A stretch of DNA of 64,000 nt, from positions 16,528-80,527 of IMG/VR virus record IMGVR_UViG_3300037042_001212. The stretch is one strand, 5' to 3'. The position numbers were made by a program, and so were the translations under genes. The stretch's first letter is position 1. Each line of letters starts with the position of its first letter. This DNA is from a virus. The notes below the pieces were generated by a model that searched no databases, was not told where the DNA came from, and saw only the letters and a program-made list of their open reading frames with translations. This document shows, piece after piece, positions 8,343-17,400 of this stretch.

Positions 8343-11264
8343 ATGAAACCGCTTGAATTTGTAGCGGCTGTCGTGCCGTCAGCGGGTGTTTTATGCGTGG
8401 CGGAGTTCAGCTCAAAAAAGAAACAACATGTATTCGCGGAAGACGTCGAAGGTCTCGCCCCCGCGATCAAGCAATTTACCGATGAGAAAAAGGATGTGTA
8501 CTTCGCGCTGGCCAGCTTTGTCGAGAGCGGCAAGCGCACCGCTGGTAACGCCCTGTTCATGCGCTCTGCGTTCATGGACATCGATTGCGGAGAGGGCAAG
8601 GCGTATCCCAACAAGAGCACGGCAGGGACTGCGCTGTATGACTTTCTGCAGAATACAGCACTAGGAACGCTGGGCAACCCGTGGGTAGTCTCTTCGGGCG
8701 GGGGCATTCACGTCTACTGGCCGTTCACGGAGAACGTGCCGATCATTGAGTGGCGCGTGGCTGCGGAGAACCTGAAGCGGCTGTGCAAAGAGAACGACCT
8801 GCACATCGATTTCACAGTTACAGCCGATGCAGCGCGGGTGCTGCGTGTTCCGGAAACGATCAACTGGAAATACAAGGACAAGCCCCGCAAGGTCAAGGTG
8901 CTGGAACACGGTGCCAAGTTCACGTTCGCGGAGTTCTGCGTGGTAGTGCAGCCGGTCAACGGGGTGGCGCATCCAGTGAGCCGCCCCCCCACGCTGGCAT
9001 CGATCCCCGGCAAACGCCCTACCCGCAATCGGGAGAACGCGACCCAGATTAAGATCATAGAGAACAGCGTCACCAAGTTCCGCAACATCATCACGCGCAC
9101 CGAGCAGGGCACGGGCTGCAAGCAGTTGGCCTACTATGCCGAGAACGCCCAGAAGGATGGCATGGAGCCGCTGTGGCGGGGGCTGCTGTCGTTGGCCAAG
9201 TCGTGCGAGGATGGGGAGAAGGCTGCACGCATTCTCTCAAAGATGCACCCGTATGATGAAGACCGGATGCACCAGAAGCTGCGCGAGATCAAGGGCCCTT
9301 ACTCGTGCATCAAGCTCGACAGCGAGAACCCGGGCGTCTGCACGGGGTGCCCGCACTTTGGGAAGATCACCAACCCGCTCATGCTGGGCCGGGAGCTGGC
9401 GACCGACAACGCCCCCAAGGAAGTTGTTATCGAGCAGCATAGTGACTCGGTATCCAAGTCCCCAGACCAGATCAGGGTGACGCGTGCCAAGCCCCCACGC
9501 GGCTTCTCCTATGGGAAGAACGGTGGCGTATACCGTGAGGCGGAGGTGCAGGACGAAGAGGGCAGCACGATTAAGAAACAGGTTCTGGTATTGCCCTATG
9601 ACCTGTTTGCCGTCGATCTCCTGAACGTGCAGGGGGAGCACATGGTGCACATGCTGGCCACGCGGCCCGATGGTGCAGTCAACATCACCCTGCCGCAGAA
9701 GGCTGTGGTGAGCAAGGACGATACGGTCAAAGCGCTGGCTTCCCAGAACATCATCGCGGCTTACGGCTCGGGCAACGACAAGAACCTGTTCGACTACGTT
9801 AGGGGTTGTGTAGAAGATATTTCTACAAACAAGCATGCGATAGCCGTGCCCAGCAGCTACGGCTGGCAACCGGATGGTGGCTTCGTTGCGGGGGGCAAGG
9901 TCTTCCTGCTCGACGGCACTGTGCGGCAGATACCGATGCCGGGGCTGGAGAACCTGACGCATGCCTGCCGTAGCCGGGGGGACTTGGAGGCGTGGCGCAA
10001 GTACGTCAACATCTTCGTGTCACGCAAGCTGTGGGACATTCTGGCGATCGGGGCCGGGGTTGGCTTCGGCTCTCCCTTGATGGAGTTCTCCGGGCTTGAT
10101 GGGCTGACCTTCCACGCGGGCTCCACGCAGTCGGGCACCGGCAAGACCCAGATACTGCAGATGGCCGCATCGATCTGGGGGCACCCGAGAGACTACTGCG
10201 TCAACAAGAGCACGTCAGCTGTTGCGATGCAGCAACGGGCCGGGCTGCTGCGCAACCTCCCGCTGATCAGCGACGAGATCACCAGCAAGAACCGGCGCGA
10301 CATGGAGTGGTTTCCAGAGTTTGTTTTTGAGATAGCAGAGGGCCGCGCCAAGGAGCGCATGGAGTCCGGGGCGAACAAGGAACGCCTGAACACTTCAGTC
10401 TGGGCGCTGCTGGCGATCGTCTCGTCCAACACTCACGTCATGGACTACATGACCGGGGGGCGCAAGCACTCCTCCGAGGGGGAGATTCGCCGGATGCTGG
10501 AGTGGACCACCACGGAGTCGCTGACGTGGGACATCCACGAGGTCGAGGTGATCAAGTCGCTGCGCCAGAACTACGGCCACGCGGGAGACATCTACGGCAA
10601 GTGGCTCGCGCTCAACCGCGCCACGGCGATGTCGGTCTACCAGCAGGTCTATGCCAAGATTCGCGACGAGTTTCAGATGTCGAACGACGAGCGCTACTGG
10701 CACGCTGCCGTTGCCGCTTGTCTGGCGGGGTGCATCCTTGCCGGATCGCAGTATTCAGGCGTGGTGGACATGCCGATCCAGCCTTTGATCGACAGCATGA
10801 AGCGTCTGGTGGAGAAGGCCCGGGGCACGGTTCGGGCCAACGTGCGCAGCGCAGAGGATGTGCTGAACGCCTACATCCGGGAGCACTACGGCAAGTTCAT
10901 CAGCGTGCGCGTGACCAACGACGGCACGATCGAGGCGACCTACGCCAACTCCCAGATCACTGACGAGTCCCTTACCCGGACACAGGTGTTTGGGCGTGTA
11001 GAGCGCCACATCACCCCCGGTTTCGTAAACTTCTTTATAGAAGAGGCACTACTGAAGAACTACTGCTCCAGTATGAGCTTCGGCTACGCCGATCTGCGGC
11101 GCGACTTGGAGAAGCTATACCGGGTTGACTACGTGAAGAAGGACATGTTGGCCAAGACCAAGGGCCCTCAGATGCGCGTCAACGCGCTGAAGATCAGCCG
11201 TCCCGAGTCCGACGTGTTTGAGATGAACATCGATGCGCCTCAAAGTCCACTACCCGTGGCCTAG
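8343..11264 (+). CDS. primase-helicase (AEP/RepB-like primase, Cys cluster, DUF927-like P-loop helicase)
   Basis: FMDIDC, SSGGGIHVYW, DAARVLRVP; C..CTGCPH; YGWQ; SGTGKT Walker A; LISDE. Confidence 0.85.
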   Translation: MKPLEFVAAVVPSAGVLCVAEFSSKKKQHVFAEDVEGLAPAIKQFTDEKKDVYFALASFVESGKRTAGNALFMRSAFMDIDCGEGKAYPNKSTAGTALYDFLQNTALGTLGNPWVVSSGGGIHVYWPFTENVPIIEWRVAAENLKRLCKENDLHIDFTVTADAARVLRVPETINWKYKDKPRKVKVLEHGAKFTFAEFCVVVQPVNGVAHPVSRPPTLASIPGKRPTRNRENATQIKIIENSVTKFRNIITRTEQGTGCKQLAYYAENAQKDGMEPLWRGLLSLAKSCEDGEKAARILSKMHPYDEDRMHQKLREIKGPYSCIKLDSENPGVCTGCPHFGKITNPLMLGRELATDNAPKEVVIEQHSDSVSKSPDQIRVTRAKPPRGFSYGKNGGVYREAEVQDEEGSTIKKQVLVLPYDLFAVDLLNVQGEHMVHMLATRPDGAVNITLPQKAVVSKDDTVKALASQNIIAAYGSGNDKNLFDYVRGCVEDISTNKHAIAVPSSYGWQPDGGFVAGGKVFLLDGTVRQIPMPGLENLTHACRSRGDLEAWRKYVNIFVSRKLWDILAIGAGVGFGSPLMEFSGLDGLTFHAGSTQSGTGKTQILQMAASIWGHPRDYCVNKSTSAVAMQQRAGLLRNLPLISDEITSKNRRDMEWFPEFVFEIAEGRAKERMESGANKERLNTSVWALLAIVSSNTHVMDYMTGGRKHSSEGEIRRMLEWTTTESLTWDIHEVEVIKSLRQNYGHAGDIYGKWLALNRATAMSVYQQVYAKIRDEFQMSNDERYWHAAVAACLAGCILAGSQYSGVVDMPIQPLIDSMKRLVEKARGTVRANVRSAEDVLNAYIREHYGKFISVRVTNDGTIEATYANSQITDESLTRTQVFGRVERHITPGFVNFFIEEALLKNYCSSMSFGYADLRRDLEKLYRVDYVKKDMLAKTKGPQMRVNALKISRPESDVFEMNIDAPQSPLPVA

Positions 11265-11466
11265 TGTGCCGGAAGGGGGCAGCTTCTTCGTCCCCTCGCT
11301 GGCCCCGTTCAAAACAAAAGAAGCAGGACTGAAGGCTGCGCTACATCACCGCGTGGCGGCTAAGGCAACCTTCGGCCTGCTGAACGGTCAGCACGGCGTG
11401 CTGTTTACGCGGCCTCGCGCAGTGCGTCGCGGTAAGCCTTTGCAGTCTCAATCTTCTGACGCCTGA
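11233..11466 (+). CDS. small phage protein (YPW...GGSFFVP type), possibly DNA-binding
   Basis: HYPWPSVPEGGSFFVP; last + strand gene of the module, converging on the large - strand gene. Confidence 0.6.
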   Translation: MRLKVHYPWPSVPEGGSFFVPSLAPFKTKEAGLKAALHHRVAAKATFGLLNGQHGVLFTRPRAVRRGKPLQSQSSDA

Positions 11467-14400
11467 TCTCGTCCAGTTTCTCCCGCTTCTCTGAGGGCAA
11501 CATCTCTTCGTCGGCACGAATAGCCTTCTCATAGTCCGTCAGCTGCTTCATCGCGTCCTTGAAGTTAGGCTCACTGTCAGCCAGCATGATGCGGTCGATG
11601 TTCGCGTTGAGATACGCCTCAGCCTTGTCCTCACGCTTTTCTTCCAACAGCTTGGTATACGTGTTCTTTGCCTGAACAGCTTCTTCCATTTTCTCGTATA
11701 CGCGATCGATGACGGCCCCGGCGTCGGTAGGCTGGAACATGCCGCCAACTAACGGATACTTGGAAGGCTTCATCGACGCCGACGGCGGGTTATCTCCGGC
11801 CAGCAGCGGGTTGGCAAGCGACACTAAGGACAGCAACGTGCCGGAGCCAATATCCTTGATGAATTGATCGATGCGTGCGGGGGAGATATTGGCCCCCGCG
11901 CCCAGCATCTTGGCCAGCTCGGTGGTGCCTTCCTTATACCTCTCAGCAGGATCAAGCTTCTGCATGGCGGGAGTCTCGACATTAGCGCCCGTGAACAAAT
12001 CAACGCCCGTTGCCTGACTGATTATTGGTTTGGCGATCTGGGGCATAAAGTAGCTACCCGCTCCCGGTATGGAGTTAGCCGCCATCTTGGCAAGCGCCTT
12101 GCCTACTGGAGCAAAATCTTCTTTGGAGAACGCAGCGTGGTAAATAGCTTCGGGGATTGCTTTAAACAGCAGTCCGTATTCAAACGGAATCGGAATTTTC
12201 AGCGGCGCGTCAACACCCGGGATGCGCACAAACCAGTTGGCCAGTCGTGCTTCGGGGGAGGCATTCTGATACGCCTCATCATCTTGCATCATCGCAGCAT
12301 ACGCAAGCGTCATAGCGCCAAGAGTGAGACCACGACGAATAAATTTATCTTGAATTTTTAACCGGTCGTTCATCGGCATGCGCCCAGACATGGCGCGGTA
12401 CATGATGCTCAAACCTTGGAGCTGAGTAGCAAAGAAAGGATACATCGTGTTGGCAATGTAAATCATCGGGGACGTACCCTTGCGGTTGTAGTCCATGATC
12501 TCATTGGTTGCCACCCAAGCACGCACAGGGTTTAGCTTTTGCTTAATGAAGCTGTCGTACGCTGTTGCGCGGATGGCCGTGTCCGACAGCATGCTCGTGG
12601 CTTCCAACCACGCAAGCGCAGTGTTCCACGTAGTTTTTCCACTGGAGATAGAACGAAGAATTTTTGCCATTTCTTCGTTACCGGATATTCCCGACAGCAG
12701 CTGGCCACCGCCAAGCCCCTCACGCTGTAGCTTTTCAACCGTCTCACTTTTTTTACTTACCGCTTTAGCCAAATTTTTGATCGGATCAAGGATAGGCGTG
12801 AAATCAGCGCCGGAAGTACCCCACGCGGACAGGGACTCGCGAATTATTGAACGGATCGGGTATATTGGGCTCAAGACAATAAAATGGCGCAGTAGCTTGG
12901 CAGGTAACCCAAGCAGCCGCAGCGTGGGCGGAAAGGTAGTTTTAATACCCTCCATACCTTTCACCAGCAACTCAGCCGGAATCTCCTCGAAGATCGTGCC
13001 TTCCGTCTTTACTTTTATGTATACGTCTTCGCCGTCTAGTTTAAAGCGCAATATGTTCGGGCCTGCAGAACCCATGCCCTTAAATATCGTGTTTTTCTGG
13101 TCGGGTTTTTTCTTGCTGGTGTAGGTCTCTGTCATACCAAGTTTGGACAGCAGCATCGCTGTGTCTTTAGTCGCCAAATTGCGCAGAGCCATATCTGTAA
13201 GCATGCGAGTGTTTTGCACCGCGCTTTGAAAAATAGGCAGTATGCGCTGATCTCCACCAACAAGTTCGTGTAGATACGGTTGGTCTTTTATGTTGCCTAT
13301 GCTAATAGGCGTAGAACCGTCGTCAAACACAAGCTCAAACTCGCCGTTTTTTTCCCGGTAAAACGGAATAAAGTCTTTCTTTGCTTTTAATACAGCTGCC
13401 AGTTCTTTGCTAAGCGCTCCTGCTTGGACAGCAAAGTTTATAAGGCCCTCGTTATACGCATTGTAAATACGCCGGGCTTCCTCAAACGCATCGGATACTT
13501 TTTTGTTTGACGCAATTTCTTTTTCAAACTTTGTCAGCTTTTCTTCCGTAACTAACAAGTTCCCGTTTTTGTCTTTACGGTAGCTCAACTTGGCAATGCC
13601 AACGCCTTCGTTCTTGATGCGCTTCGACGCCAGAAACAACGTAAACAGCGAGTCGTATTGTTCTGGAGTAAAACCTGATTTATCCAACGAAGCAAATACT
13701 TTAAGCAACGTCGGGACGTCTTTGCCTTCTTTTCTTGTAACCTGCCAGTACTTCTCGCCATCTTGTTCTTTATACACAAGCTCACGCGGTCCGTTTTGCA
13801 CGGTGTCCAGTGTATGGTTGGTAACCTTGCCGTGCTGTGACAAGGTGTAGATGTTCTGCACCGCTTCCATATCGGAGATAAGGCCCTTCTTCACCCCAAT
13901 TTCCGCAGCCATCTTTACTGGAGCTTTGCTATCAAACGCAGTTGTCGCTGCAATACCAAGCAACTTAGCTTTGGTTTGGTCCTGCCAGCGCTTACCGTCG
14001 CTTCCAACCAACGCGTTCGTGAGTTCCCACGCGTCGTCCGACATACCTTCGGGTTTAGAGGTAGCGCTTCTAAATACGATCTGCCCGTCAGGTGACTTGT
14101 AAATGCCCAAGCGACCACGCGACAGCGCTCGCTCAGCGTCATTGAGAATCTTCTGGATTGCCTTGGTGTCTGCCTTGGCCAAGTTGCTGAGCCCCGCGTT
14201 GCGGAAGAATCCACGCACCTTGGAGATCACGTCACGGATGAACGTCTTGACCTTCTCTGCAAAACGTGGTGCAACACGACGCCCCTCGGCAGCGTGGGCA
14301 ATCATCTCACGAACAAGAACGGTCATAACCTGTTCGTTTGGCTTGGTCGGCATGGCCATGCGAGCCGTGGTGACATCCGGGAATAAACCCAGACCCGTGG

Positions 14401-17400
14401 CCACCTCGGCAATGTGGTCCAGACCCTTCTTGGTCATGTCGGCAACCATCGCCTTCATGCCCTCGGGGCCCAGCACCATGTCGGCACCGTAGTGGCCGAT
14501 CAGTTCATGCGCGATGGTCTCTTCAACGTCTTTGGGAGAGCTGTGCGCTTCACCAATAACGACGACACGGCCATCCGGCATGACTGCGCCCTTGGCAGCT
14601 TTACGCCCAGATGCAGCAACAGCTTCTTGAAAAGCAGCGGGGGCGTCGGCCAGCGTGGGGGCGTATATGAAGTCCACGCCCTCCGGCAGCGCAGCTTTTA
14701 CCCGATCGGCTATCGCCTGTGCTTCGGCAAGATCAACCCCGGTGTCTGCGTCCGTGGCGTCGCGGAAGTCAACGCCGTCGTCCGCTGCGCGGCGCTGCTG
14801 GCCCAAACCAGCTTGATCTACGGTGTCACGGTCCGTGGTGAACTCCGGGGTGTATCCCGGAAGCCCAGTCTTTAGTGGCGCGGGGGTGCGCTTGCCTTGG
14901 CGGTTTTCTGCAAATATCGTTTCACGCACGACGCGGGCTTGAAGAGCCTCTGACTTTTTAGCATTGCTTGATATACCGAATCCCGCGTCACTCAGCGTCT
15001 TGGTCATTTTTGCCAACGTCTCTGCGCCACGACCTAACAGCGCCCGCACTTCTTTTGCGCGTTCAAGAGCTTTCTTAGCGCTGAGAAGTTCAGCTTCTCT
15101 TTGCCTAACTTTTCCCGCTTCTGCCCATGCTTTACTTGACGCCGTTTCGCCAAAACTGGCAACCTCAGCCGCCCCTTTCTTGGCGCTTTCCAAAGTCTCC
15201 GTAGTTTTTTCTACATCGGCGGTGCGGGCTTTTACATTTTCATTTGTACCAAGTCTACGATCCTCGATAGCTTTCGTTACCTTGGCTGCAAGCGCAGCCC
15301 GCTGACGACGCAACTTTAACAGTATTTCTTCTTGCGCAGCCTCCTTAGCACGCTCCTTTGCGGTTGTACCAGTTTCAATATCCGTTTGCCCCGCCTCTAT
15401 TTCGGATAAATCCGACGGGCCTTCCAGCGACTTTTGTTGGTAAACAACCCCGATAGTTCGTTTAAGTTCTTTAATGCGCCTACGCAGCGCTGCAGCAGGG
15501 CGTTTCTTCGGGTCTAGTTTACGTAGCTGGTCTTCAAGGTCTGTGACTTCCTGTTCTTCTTTAAGCGTAAGCGTCTTCTTTGGGACACCGCGCAAACCTT
15601 CAGACCCTTTAATACTTCCTTGTGCGATGTCCGCCAGAATATCTTCTACACGCCTAGTTTCAGCAACCTGTGCTTCTTTCGTGCGCTGCATGCTGGCGGC
15701 TACGGCATCGAGAGACTTCAATACTCGCGCCCGTAAAGCTTTTACGCGTTGCTCTTGGGCAATTGATGCTTCTTTTTTTTGCAACGCCTTCAGCTGTTCT
15801 TTAAACGGCTTCAAATCTGCTTTGGCCTTCTGCAGTACCGCGTTTTCTTTTCGCAGCTTCTGCCTAAAACTTTCTAAGGAAACCACTTTCCTATACGCGT
15901 TTGCATACCTAATATTGATCCGCGCTTCAGTCTTTAGCTTGGCAATATCAGCATCTGACAACCCCGCCGCAAACTCCATGTCTGCAAGCAACTCCAAATC
16001 CTGACGAGCATACCCTCGCCCTTTCAGCGTGTCGGAAAAGTCTTCAGCTAAAATGTCATCAATACGTTTAATCTCTGCGTCTATTGTTTCTTCAGCCTCG
16101 GCCACAAACGCTTCTTGCGTCTCAACACGCTCGCGTATATTTGTCATCGCGTCGCGATCGGCTTGTTCTTCTGGAGTAACTTTTTTAGCGGGGGGGCGGC
16201 TGTCTTCAGGAGTAATGACCTGACCTGCAGGCACAAACTGCTTGGGTTTTTGTTTTTCCTGTAAAGCTGCAGTAGCTTTTTCTCTCTTATCAGCGGTAGC
16301 TACTTCAGCCTGTGTTTTTGTAATCAGAGCGTTTACCGCATTAAGTTGAGCGTCCAACCCACGCAAATATTGTTTTGTCTCACCGCTTAACTGAACGCTC
16401 GTAAGTTTGCTCAAGCTATCAAAGCTTTTAAGCTTGATTTTTGATTTTTGCGATTCTTTAAGAACCTGACGGGTAAGCCGATCACGTTGCTCCGGTTCGA
16501 GCCCGTCTGCGTACTCTATGTTTGCTAAAACAGATTCAGCCAATGGAGCCAAACGCTCGGCCTCTGCATCCGCTTTGGCTTTGGCAATTTCATTCTCCAG
16601 CTTGTCTTTCAGGGTGACAAGACTTGCCAGCCGCTCTTTAGCGTTGCGCTTGCTAACTTCCTTCTGCTCCGCCCGCAGCTTTTGCCGGATGTCTGCCATA
16701 AGCGCACGACGTTCCAGCCTGCGCTTTTTCTTTTCTTTCTCCGTAGCTACTTTCTGCAGCAGCGCTTTGGTTTCTTCCAGCTTCGCCTGCTTCTTGCTCT
16801 CCACAGTCGCGGTGCGTTTCTCCACGGCTTGCTTCTTCTTGGTGACCTCTGTCACCGACCCCGGGAACATTTCCCGCTGTTTGCCGCTAAGGTCAGGCTC
16901 CGGCGCTTCTTCCGGCACCGCTGCCGCTTGCTGCGCGTCGTAGCGATCCGACAACACCGCTGCGGACTGCTGCGTAAGCCCGAACGGGCCCTTCTGCTTC
17001 TTCGGCTTCTCCCGTTTGTATTTCTCAACCGCCCGCAGGATCAAACGATCGACGCCTTGCTGCAGCCGAGCCAATTCACCGGTTTTAGTGTCGGTAATGG
17101 TCATGCCGCGATCGATAGCGCCTTGTTTTACACCTAGCTTATCCCGCAGCTCGTTTTGCAAAGCCCCCTCGGGTTCTCCCGGCTTGGCATTCTTGGTTAT
17201 CCGGCTCAACCACAGCTTCACTTCCTGCTCAAGACGTTCCTGCGCGGGTATCGACATCTGCACGCCCGTCTGCTCAACGCGCTTGGCCGCTTCCATTTTG
17301 GCCAGCAGTGCAATCTGCTCAGCACGCAGCTCCGCTGCACGGCGGGATACATCCCCTACGTTGTCGCCTTTACGCAGAGAGTCAATCTCGTTGCCCCAGT